From a virus, in IMG/VR virus record IMGVR_UViG_3300046777_002415, positions 1 to 64,000 of that record: a DNA stretch of 64,000 bases. The stretch is one strand, 5' to 3'. How positions within the stretch are numbered: the first letter of the stretch is position 1; every line of letters begins with the position of its first letter. The notes beneath the pieces were generated by a model, which searched no databases, was not told the origin of the DNA, and was given only the letters and a program-made list of their open reading frames with translations. Shown here one piece after another: positions 7,402 through 15,429 of the stretch. The position numbers were made by a program, and so were the translations under genes.

Positions 7402-7608
7402 ATGTTTTCAGTGAGGCAGAAGAGGGAAATCGCGGATGCTGTTCAGCAGATTCTGCGGGACACGAACCATCCGGAACTCCCTGAAGGGGAGATCCAGTTC
7501 CACCTCCACGTAGATGGCGCGGAGTCATGGAGTTGGGCTGACATCCGGAACAATGGCGCCGTCGAGGCGCCGGCAGTCAACCCGTGGAACGAGGCCCAGG
7601 ATAAATGA
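7402..7608 (+). CDS. Hypothetical protein
   Basis: GAGGT RBS; 68 aa. Confidence 0.65.
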   Translation: MFSVRQKREIADAVQQILRDTNHPELPEGEIQFHLHVDGAESWSWADIRNNGAVEAPAVNPWNEAQDK

Positions 7609-7697
7609 CCCCGGCACTGATCGGCATGCTGATCTACGCGATCATGATCGGACTGACAGTGGTGTTCATGCTCGGCAGGAAGGAGGACGACCATTGA
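7605..7697 (+). CDS. Small single-TM peptide (30 aa)
   Basis: ATGA overlap; MTPALIGMLIYAIMIGLTVVFMLGRKEDDH. Confidence 0.55.
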   Translation: MTPALIGMLIYAIMIGLTVVFMLGRKEDDH

Positions 7698-7887
7698 CCA
7701 CCACCGCTGCGCTGTTCTTGCTGCTCTCCTCTTGGCGACCGCCGCGGCCACGTCACTGAGTGGGTGTGCGATTAAAAGCTGCAAGATTCGTCCGGCCTTG
7801 GCCGGCTCTATTTGGCTGGGCGGGGCTGAGGAGATCGATGAGGCGAATATGGAAAGGCTACGGATGCACCTGATATGCGAATTCTGA
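7693..7887 (+). CDS. Putative lipoprotein with ATT start
   Basis: AAGGAGG 6 nt before ATT; AVLAALLLATAAATSLSG|C lipobox; fills the gap to next gene. Confidence 0.5.
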   Translation: MDHHRCAVLAALLLATAAATSLSGCAIKSCKIRPALAGSIWLGGAEEIDEANMERLRMHLICEF

Positions 7888-7893
7888 GGACTC

Positions 7894-8343
7894 ATGGATT
7901 TTGAGGAATACATCGAGCGATACGGTATTGACGTCAACGAGGTCGCCAAGGCCCTGCTGTCCCGTATAGATTCGCTCGACAACTTTAGCCGCAACGCCCT
8001 CTACCAGGAGCTGGCGCCCGGCGACGGCAAGAGCGCGTCACAAACCAACCTGCTGAACCTCGTCGACGAGGCGCAAGAGAACCTCGCATTGGCCCGGAAG
8101 CTGCGGGATAGCATCATAGGCAAGCAGGGCGAACTGCTCGGCACGGTCGGTGACGTCACCAAGACACTGATGGCCGTGGACAAGTGCCTGGACGGGGCGG
8201 CGAAGCGGTTCCAGACCATCTACAGCGTCCACTCCCAACAGGCGGTTGAGGAATGTGTGAAGGAGACGCTGCAGGAGATGAGCCAGGAGCAGTACGAGCG
8301 GTTCATGTGGCTGCTGGAGGATAAGTTGAGGGCGGTGAGATGA
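7894..8343 (+). CDS. Terminase small subunit candidate
   Basis: 149-aa helical protein overlapping TerL start. Confidence 0.6.
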   Translation: MDFEEYIERYGIDVNEVAKALLSRIDSLDNFSRNALYQELAPGDGKSASQTNLLNLVDEAQENLALARKLRDSIIGKQGELLGTVGDVTKTLMAVDKCLDGAAKRFQTIYSVHSQQAVEECVKETLQEMSQEQYERFMWLLEDKLRAVR

Positions 8344-10091
8344 ACCCCACCGCGCTGGCTTTCCTCGATCGGATCCGAGACGCACAGGAGTCGACGACGG
8401 GTTCCCTGGGCCGACTGTCGTACTGGCTGGAGAAGCACACGACGCTGGCCGGCCGGAAGTTCTCGTTCAAGGATCACGAGTTTCAGCGCGATATCTGTGA
8501 CGACACGTCATCGTCCATGGTGGTGATCAAAAATTCGCAAGCCGGCGTCTCAGAACTTACAGCCCGCATGACGCTGGGTTTTCTGGCGACCAATCCCTCA
8601 GTGACCGCCATCTACGGCCTTCAAGCAGTTTTCTTCCAGACCCGTTTCTTTAAGGCACGTATCGACCCCATCATCAGGGAGTCGGATACGCTCTCCGCTC
8701 TGATCCTGCCGGCAGCCGACTCCGCCAGCTTCAAGCAATTTACCAACGGCAGCCAGCTGCATGGCGCAGGCTTTTCGCCCGGGATAGCCGTGATCAGTAC
8801 GCCGTCGAGCATGGTGGTCGCAGATGAGTATGATTTCTGTGACCCCCAGTCAATCGCCACGGCAGAATCTCGACTCTCGCACTCGCCATTTGTTGATGCC
8901 GGAACAGGGGTCAGAGGTATTCGCCGTTTCTTCTCGACCCCGACGACGGAGGGCTACGGCGTATCCGGACTCTACGAGAAGAGCAACAAGCGGAAGCGCC
9001 TGGTCAAGTGCCGCTCTTGTTCGGAATGGTTTTGGCCGAACCTGCTGGACCAAGGGGTCATCGACGGGTGGGACCGCTCCGTCAGAGAGCTGACCGCGGC
9101 GGATGCCCAGTCGTTGGATGACCGCGGGTTGTTGGTTTCGGCCAGACTGCTATGCCCACACTGCCACGGGGTCGTCACTAATGAAAACCTGGGGCCAGAC
9201 CACAGGGAATGGGTCGCAGAAAAGCCGGATGTGAGGCGCATGTCCGGATGGCAGGTGTCGCCGTTCGACTTACCGGCCTACCACACCCCAGAATCATTGA
9301 TTCGGAAGCTGATCGAGACCGGGGACCATGCGGTACATCACTGGCACAACTTTGCACTGGGCCTGCCGTACACCAATGCCCTGAACAGCGTGAACCCGCA
9401 GGCGGTTACCGAGAACACCACGGTCAGCCCGATACCGCCCGCCAATGCACCTGGCATGATTTCAGGGTGCGTGGCGGGGGTGGACATCGGCAAGATCAGC
9501 TGGATCACCATCGGCAAAATCGTTGACGGGCGGCTGCACATTGTCTGGGTGGAGCAGATCCGGCTACGGGCCGACGACGGATCCGACCTAGAGGAAAGGG
9601 TGCTGGGGCTACTGAAGGCATACCGGGTATCCCTCTGCATCATGGACGCTTTCCCCTACACCGACACGATCCTCCGCATCATCGCCCGGTACCCATCGGT
9701 GCGGGCTGCCGAATACTCGATCCGGGACAAGACGTTGCCAATGATGCTGGCCAAAGAGGACGACGATATCGTCAAGCTGAACCGATCGAAGACGCTCTCC
9801 TACATGGTCAAGCGAGTGAATTCCGGACAGATCAAGTTCCCGACTATGGATGAGACACGAATCGTGGCAAATCACCTGAAAGCGCTGAGGCAGATCGAGC
9901 GAATCAAGGAATCAGGCGAGGTGGTGCAGGAGTGGGTCAACACAGGCCCCGACCACTACGGACACAGCCTGAACTACTGCAATATGGCGGCTCAATCCTT
10001 GATGGATTCGTTCACTACGGGCTTTGCGCCCATGCCCTCCCTGAAAGAAGCCTTCATCAGTTCAAAGTACGTCCCTTCCAAAGCTGCATAA
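8340..10091 (+). CDS. terL: Terminase large subunit (lambda GpA-like)
   Basis: KNSQAGVSE Walker A variant, VVADEYD Walker B, FSTPT, CxxC pairs, AGVDIG nuclease, DHYGHSLNY. Confidence 0.9.
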   Translation: MNPTALAFLDRIRDAQESTTGSLGRLSYWLEKHTTLAGRKFSFKDHEFQRDICDDTSSSMVVIKNSQAGVSELTARMTLGFLATNPSVTAIYGLQAVFFQTRFFKARIDPIIRESDTLSALILPAADSASFKQFTNGSQLHGAGFSPGIAVISTPSSMVVADEYDFCDPQSIATAESRLSHSPFVDAGTGVRGIRRFFSTPTTEGYGVSGLYEKSNKRKRLVKCRSCSEWFWPNLLDQGVIDGWDRSVRELTAADAQSLDDRGLLVSARLLCPHCHGVVTNENLGPDHREWVAEKPDVRRMSGWQVSPFDLPAYHTPESLIRKLIETGDHAVHHWHNFALGLPYTNALNSVNPQAVTENTTVSPIPPANAPGMISGCVAGVDIGKISWITIGKIVDGRLHIVWVEQIRLRADDGSDLEERVLGLLKAYRVSLCIMDAFPYTDTILRIIARYPSVRAAEYSIRDKTLPMMLAKEDDDIVKLNRSKTLSYMVKRVNSGQIKFPTMDETRIVANHLKALRQIERIKESGEVVQEWVNTGPDHYGHSLNYCNMAAQSLMDSFTTGFAPMPSLKEAFISSKYVPSKAA

Positions 10092-10104
10092 TTCTCGTTA
10101 CACT
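10076..10104 (+). promoter_or_regulatory. Late-region promoter
   Basis: TTCCAA-N17-TACACT; CTTCCAAAGCTG-N10-GTTACACT also at 17523-17552. Confidence 0.65.
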
Positions 10105-10129
10105 GCACCAAACCTAATACAGGACGATC

Positions 10130-11620
10130 ATGGCAAGGAAGCCAACCCCCAAAAAGAGCTCGGCTGAGCAGGCCACAGTCCTGCCGCGTTCGCTTGTCGT
10201 CGGCATTCAGACCGTCGACAACTCGACCGGGAAAGGCAAAGACTTCCCGCTTACCGACAGTTCGCTTGTCGTCTTTAACAAGTCGATTGCGGATGTCCGG
10301 ACCCAGTCCAATATCTTCGATGCGCTGCGGTTGCTGCGGAGGATCTCCGGCGATACCGCCACGGCCATCGCCTCCTACGTTAGGCTGGCCAACACCCCAT
10401 TGAGCTTCAAGGTCTACGACGCTGCGCATCAGCTGTCCGACGAGGGCAGCACGCTCATCAAGAGCATTCTGAACAGCCTAGAGAATCTTTCAGATTACAC
10501 CTACGGCTTCGACGACCGACAAGGCATGAAAGGCCTGGTCGACACCCTACTGAACGAAGAGCTGCTGACCGGGGCCATCGGCCTCGAACTGGTCCTGGAT
10601 AAGCAGCGGTTGCCGTTCAAGCTGCAGCCTGTGTCCCCAGCGAAATTGAAGTGGCGGATCGGCAAGACCAGCACCGGAAAATCGAACACCAAGATCGTCC
10701 CCTACCAGCAGGCGCAGGGCGAGGAGGTCGTTCTCGACATCCCGACCTTCTTCTACGCGGCACTGGACTCTGATCCGACCGCAACCTACCCGAAGCCGAT
10801 GCTGGAATCCGCGGTCAATGCCGCCGTCTTCCATGCCGAGACCATCGAGGATATCCGCCGGGTCGTGAAGCGTTCCGGCCACAGCCGGTTGATCATGAAA
10901 CTGGCGACCGAGGAGCTGTTGAAGGCAGCGCCCCCTGAAGTGCGCGTTGACGCCCAGAAGCTCGCCGAGTGGATGGAGCAGACCCGGACAGATTTGGTCA
11001 CGGCGGTGGAGAATCTCAGCCCGGAATCGGCCCTGGTGCTGTTCGACACCGTCGAGGCCGACTACCTCAACTCCGAGATCGGAGCTTCCGCCGACTATTC
11101 TGCCTTCATGGAGATGATCGACGGGATTGAGGCCACCGCGCTGCGGACCCCTCCGTCGGTGCTGGGCAAGCGCATGGGCGGGTCCCAGAACGTCAGCTCG
11201 ACCGAGTCCTTACTGTTCATCAAGCAGGCCGCTGGGCTGCACACCCCGCTGATCGAAGTGTTGTCGAAGGCCATGACGCTGGCCCTCCGGCTGTATGGTT
11301 TCGACGGCTACTGCCAGGCTGAATTCGCAGCGATCGATCTCCGGCCGGAGTCCGAGCTGGAAGCATTTCGTACCATGGCCCAACAGCGCATCCTCGAGCT
11401 GCTATCTCTTGGCTTCGTCACTGACCAGGAAGCGGCTGAGATGCTCGGTACAGGTATGCGGGCGCCCGGGGCCCCACCACTGTCCGGGACATTTTTCCAA
11501 AAAGCTGACGCCAGCAAAGACCCTACAGGCATGACCCCTGCATCTTCTACTACCGGAGATCCAGGTAAACGGGCGCTGACCGGTAATGCCCCTAGCAAAG
11601 CAGGAGGCAGCAGCCAATGA
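10130..11620 (+). CDS. Portal protein
   Basis: 496 aa between TerL and protease; portal-like size and composition. Confidence 0.8.
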   Translation: MARKPTPKKSSAEQATVLPRSLVVGIQTVDNSTGKGKDFPLTDSSLVVFNKSIADVRTQSNIFDALRLLRRISGDTATAIASYVRLANTPLSFKVYDAAHQLSDEGSTLIKSILNSLENLSDYTYGFDDRQGMKGLVDTLLNEELLTGAIGLELVLDKQRLPFKLQPVSPAKLKWRIGKTSTGKSNTKIVPYQQAQGEEVVLDIPTFFYAALDSDPTATYPKPMLESAVNAAVFHAETIEDIRRVVKRSGHSRLIMKLATEELLKAAPPEVRVDAQKLAEWMEQTRTDLVTAVENLSPESALVLFDTVEADYLNSEIGASADYSAFMEMIDGIEATALRTPPSVLGKRMGGSQNVSSTESLLFIKQAAGLHTPLIEVLSKAMTLALRLYGFDGYCQAEFAAIDLRPESELEAFRTMAQQRILELLSLGFVTDQEAAEMLGTGMRAPGAPPLSGTFFQKADASKDPTGMTPASSTTGDPGKRALTGNAPSKAGGSSQ

Positions 11621-11868
11621 GTGATTTCGTCAAGATGGCAGGCATGGTGATCGGCGTTGCCGTCACCATGTATGTGATGCTTCAGCAGCACGAGTACCGC
11701 CTATCTCGGGTTGAGTCCACGATCGAGCAGCACTTGCAGAAGCATGAATTGCAGAACGAGGCGATCCAGAAGACGCTCACCCAGATTCAAATTCAGTTAG
11801 GGGGCATGGCAGAGCAGGAGCCGGAGGCTAAACCCAAGCAAGTTGCTCCCACGCGGGCATTCCGATGA
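11617..11868 (+). CDS. Membrane-anchored coiled-coil protein
   Basis: N-terminal TM then coiled coil; ATGA overlap. Confidence 0.65.
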   Translation: MSDFVKMAGMVIGVAVTMYVMLQQHEYRLSRVESTIEQHLQKHELQNEAIQKTLTQIQIQLGGMAEQEPEAKPKQVAPTRAFR

Positions 11869-12041
11869 AAACCATGGGCATCCTTTTATCCTTCATCGCA
11901 GGAGCCCTCCTGTTCCTGACCCTCGACATGCTTTTCGGAGACGGGCGACTGGTTGCTCATAACCTGCATGACGCTACCCCCAACTGCAGCGCATCCTGCC
12001 ATGGACCTACTCCGAGACCCACTTCTTCGGACCCCACTTGA
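11865..12041 (+). CDS. Small exported/membrane peptide (58 aa)
   Basis: ATGA overlap; MKTMGILLSFIAGALLFLTLDMLFG...NCSASCHG. Confidence 0.5.
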   Translation: MKTMGILLSFIAGALLFLTLDMLFGDGRLVAHNLHDATPNCSASCHGPTPRPTSSDPT

Positions 12042-12222
12042 ATCATGGCGCTGCGAGGTATGTCGGCAGCACATCGATCCGAGGGAATTCCGAGCAGATC
12101 CCGGCAGGCAGATTTGCGAATACTGCTGGTTATTTGCGCCGGAAGACTTGACAAATTGTTGCGACAGTAATAACAACACTGATACACTTCCTGTAACACC
12201 AACGCAAGGACAGCGTTCATGA
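12001..12222 (+). CDS. TraR/DksA-type C4 zinc-finger protein
   Basis: CEVCRQHIDPREFRADPGRQICEYC matches the C-x2-C-x17-C-x2-C spacing. Confidence 0.6.
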   Translation: MDLLRDPLLRTPLESWRCEVCRQHIDPREFRADPGRQICEYCWLFAPEDLTNCCDSNNNTDTLPVTPTQGQRS

Positions 12223-13613
12223 ACCAAATTTGGCTCGGAAGCCTCGACTCTTACCGCGATTATCTGACCCGCCAGGACCGACTGGACAGCGCGGTTGCGT
12301 CCGGTATGCCGGCCCCCGCACAGGTGGAAGGGTATTCCCTCCACGGCAACGTCGCCGTTGTCGATGTCTCCGGTCCGCTCACCAATACCGACAGCTTTTG
12401 GAATGAGCTGTTCGGCCTGACGTCCTACAACTCAATCCGCAATAACCTGATCGAGGCCGCGTCGAACCCAGACGTCAAGGAAATCGTCATGAACATCGAC
12501 AGCCCCGGCGGTAGCCCGGCAGGCCTGTCCGATGTATCAAACCTGATCCAGAGCATCTCCAAGGCTATACCGGTATCGGCGTACACCGCCGGCCACATGA
12601 CCAGTGCGGCCTACTGGTTGGGCTCCGCCGCCGACAAGATATACGCCGGCCCGACCGCCACGGTTGGCTCGATCGGCGTTATCACCACCCACTTCGATGT
12701 CACCAAGAACCTCGAGGATAAGGGCGTCAAGCCGACTGTGATTCGCGCCGGTGACAAGAAGGCACTGGGCGGGCCGTATGAGGAGCTCTCCAAGGAAGCC
12801 AAGGCCGAAATCCAGGGCCAACTCGATCACCTCCATGACGTCTTCATCAGCAAGGTCGCGGATCACCGTGGCATGTCGCATGCGGACGTCAAAAAGAACC
12901 TTGCCGACGGGTCAACCTTCATCGGCGAGCAGGCTGTCAGCGTTGGGTTGGCTGACGGTCTCACCACGCTGGACGCCCTGGTGGGCGGACTGCAAACCCG
13001 TTACGAATCCAAATCAACACGAGGCACGGACGCTATGGCTACTAGAAAGAAGCTACTCAGCGAACGGGAAGTAGCACTCATCGCGGAGGGAGTTACTCCT
13101 CAGGCCGCGTTTGAATCTGCTCCCGCTGACGAAACCCCGCCGGCAACCCCACCTGAAGGTGAGACCCCGCCGGCACCCGCTACCACAGATGAGACGCCCC
13201 CGGCGGCTGCAGCATCTGCCGCTGCGCCTGCTGCAGCCACCCCGGATCTGGTGACCTTCCTCCAGGCCGATCTTGCTGCCAAGGCCACCGAGATCACTCA
13301 ATTGAGTGTCAAGCTGGCCGAACAGGAGCGTGAACTCAACGCATTCAAGGCGCATGACAGCGAGCTGAAAGCTATCGTCGCTGCCAGCGTCAACCGCATG
13401 CAGATTGGCCTGGGCGGCAAGTCCACCGATCTCAGCAAGCTCAGCACCGAGGCCTTGCTATCCCAGCATAGCTCGGTGATGACCCAGTTCAGCCAGACCT
13501 TCCCAGTGGGCGGTGTGGCAGCTGTGTCGACGGAAGAGGAGGGCGCCCCCAAGGCTGCCTCCAATTCGCCGCTGGACAAGGCCCGCATGCGGGTCGTCAA
13601 AACTCACAAGTAA
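12219..13613 (+). CDS. Prohead protease (S49/SppA family) with C-terminal scaffold
   Basis: IDSPGG, TSAAYWLGS and VGSIGV motifs. Confidence 0.92.
   Translation: MNQIWLGSLDSYRDYLTRQDRLDSAVASGMPAPAQVEGYSLHGNVAVVDVSGPLTNTDSFWNELFGLTSYNSIRNNLIEAASNPDVKEIVMNIDSPGGSPAGLSDVSNLIQSISKAIPVSAYTAGHMTSAAYWLGSAADKIYAGPTATVGSIGVITTHFDVTKNLEDKGVKPTVIRAGDKKALGGPYEELSKEAKAEIQGQLDHLHDVFISKVADHRGMSHADVKKNLADGSTFIGEQAVSVGLADGLTTLDALVGGLQTRYESKSTRGTDAMATRKKLLSEREVALIAEGVTPQAAFESAPADETPPATPPEGETPPAPATTDETPPAAAASAAAPAAATPDLVTFLQADLAAKATEITQLSVKLAEQERELNAFKAHDSELKAIVAASVNRMQIGLGGKSTDLSKLSTEALLSQHSSVMTQFSQTFPVGGVAAVSTEEEGAPKAASNSPLDKARMRVVKTHK
13035..13613 (+). CDS. Nested in-frame scaffolding protein (Nu3-like)
   Basis: In-frame ATG (MATRKK) after the protease domain with its own RBS/hairpin; Pro/Ala linker and coiled coil. 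Confidence 0.6.
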   Translation: MATRKKLLSEREVALIAEGVTPQAAFESAPADETPPATPPEGETPPAPATTDETPPAAAASAAAPAAATPDLVTFLQADLAAKATEITQLSVKLAEQERELNAFKAHDSELKAIVAASVNRMQIGLGGKSTDLSKLSTEALLSQHSSVMTQFSQTFPVGGVAAVSTEEEGAPKAASNSPLDKARMRVVKTHK

Positions 13614-13631
13614 CGAACACGGAGGTTCGAA

Positions 13632-14105
13632 ATGACTGCATTTGCATTTAGAGAGACGGTTCCGGCGTCTACGATGATGACCTCGGCCCTGGGTACGGGC
13701 GGAGCCAACATCTGGACCGATAAGGAACTAGGTAAGGCCGTAAAGCTGAGTCAGGCTGACGACAGCACCATGGTCCTGGCGACCAACGGCGACGAGATCG
13801 ACGGTTTCGTCGGCGCAATTGCCATCGGCACTGTCAATGACGGGTTCTCGCACGGTTCCGTTAAGACGGAAGGCTGGCAAGAGGCGCTGATCGGCACCCA
13901 TCAGCCGGATACCGGCGGGCAGACCCCGACCGTGGTCGCTGCCAAGGTAGGTGACTGGGTCGTCGCCGACGACCAGATCGCCTTTGGCACCGCGGGTCTC
14001 CCGAAGGTCAAGACGTCAGCCACTGCTCGCAGCGGCTGGAAAATCATGCGTATCTTGTCTGGCACCGGCGTGGTCGGCGACAAGGTGCTGCTGGCTCGCG
14101 ACTAA
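13632..14105 (+). CDS. Head decoration / capsid cement protein
   Basis: 157 aa between scaffold and capsid; beta-rich. Confidence 0.7.
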   Translation: MTAFAFRETVPASTMMTSALGTGGANIWTDKELGKAVKLSQADDSTMVLATNGDEIDGFVGAIAIGTVNDGFSHGSVKTEGWQEALIGTHQPDTGGQTPTVVAAKVGDWVVADDQIAFGTAGLPKVKTSATARSGWKIMRILSGTGVVGDKVLLARD

Positions 14106-14128
14106 CAACTGAACACGGAGGTTCTACA

Positions 14129-15316
14129 ATGACTACTAGCTTCAGAGATGATAGCGGCCAGATACAGGAATTCACGCCGAAGCTCGAGCACTACGCGGAA
14201 GCATTCGGCAAAGGCCTGTCCCTGCGCCAGTACTACACCCAGACCCTGAGCACGGACGAGGACAAATACGGCAACGCATTTGACCAGATCTTGGCATCAG
14301 CAGGTGTCTTCCTGCAAGGTGACAAGCACACTGGCCTAAAGCCCCCGACTGTCTCCAGCATCCTGGGGAATGGGTCCCCGGAAGCAGGCATGGCCCTGAC
14401 CCGCAACGACGGCACCAAAGCGCTGACCCTCACTGGTCGTCTGCTGTTCCCGGCCGTTGTTATGGAACTGGCCGATGCCTTCCTGATGGACGATGATTCC
14501 AGCTACAACGCGCTGTTCGACAGCATGGTAGCTGTGAATCAGGCCATCGACAGCCCACATGCGTTCCAGCCGCTGATTGACGTGACCGGTCCTCGCGCTT
14601 CCCGCGCCATGCCGATCTCCCAGTTGGCAGAGCCGGTCAACATGGCGACGATCACCCTGAGTGAGCGTTCCATGCGCCTGCCGACTTGGTCGATTGGCCT
14701 CGAGATCTCCGACGAGGCGGCAAGAGCCTCGACGCTGGATCTCGTTGGTATCGCCATTCGCGAGCAAGCGCTGGGAGAAAGAAGTGCAAGAATCAACGAA
14801 GCCATCAAGCAATTAGTTGACGGCGATGTGGATCTAGGTATCTCTGCTCTTTCCGCGGTAGATATTTCGGATTTCGATTCTACTTCTACTAGCGGTAAGG
14901 TAACTAATAAGGCTTGGATCAAGCTACTTCGTGAGAAGTGGATGAAACAGACCTACTCACATGTAATATGTGATATAGAAAGTTATTTGGCCATTGAGCA
15001 GAGGGAAGGTCGTCCGGTGGTTGTCGATAATGACGGTACTGGTCGACTTACTTCTCTACCTACTGCGTTGAACCCTAACTTCCCGACCAGCTTACCTGTA
15101 TTCCTGATGGAAGATAGTTCGTTGCTGGGGGCTAATACTGTTATCCTACTGGATCGCAGTAAAGGTATTAGGAAGGTTACATATACTGGCGCTAGTTATA
15201 ATGCCGTAGAAAATTATGTGATGAGAAGGTCAACGGCCTTCCGTTTCGACTTCAGCGAGGGTTATTTCCGGCTGTTTGACAATGGCGATGGATGGAGAAA
15301 GGTTATACTGCAGTAA
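14129..15316 (+). CDS. Major capsid protein
   Basis: 395 aa, position, followed by strong terminator. Confidence 0.85.
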   Translation: MTTSFRDDSGQIQEFTPKLEHYAEAFGKGLSLRQYYTQTLSTDEDKYGNAFDQILASAGVFLQGDKHTGLKPPTVSSILGNGSPEAGMALTRNDGTKALTLTGRLLFPAVVMELADAFLMDDDSSYNALFDSMVAVNQAIDSPHAFQPLIDVTGPRASRAMPISQLAEPVNMATITLSERSMRLPTWSIGLEISDEAARASTLDLVGIAIREQALGERSARINEAIKQLVDGDVDLGISALSAVDISDFDSTSTSGKVTNKAWIKLLREKWMKQTYSHVICDIESYLAIEQREGRPVVVDNDGTGRLTSLPTALNPNFPTSLPVFLMEDSSLLGANTVILLDRSKGIRKVTYTGASYNAVENYVMRRSTAFRFDFSEGYFRLFDNGDGWRKVILQ

Positions 15317-15338
15317 TAGATACTGAGTATCTTCTACG

Positions 15339-15365
15339 AAAACCCGCTTCGGCGGGTTTTCTTTT
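15339..15365 (+). terminator. Intrinsic terminator
   Basis: AAAACCCGC-TTCG-GCGGGTTTTCTTTT. Confidence 0.9.
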
Positions 15366-15367
15366 CC

Positions 15368-15396
15368 TTGACACATCGTTTTATACGAAATAGACT
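15368..15396 (+). promoter_or_regulatory. sigma70 promoter of endonuclease gene
   Basis: TTGACA-N17-TAGACT. Confidence 0.8.
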
Positions 15397-15429
15397 GTAG
15401 TCTTCTATCCTAGACCTTGGAGAGATCAG

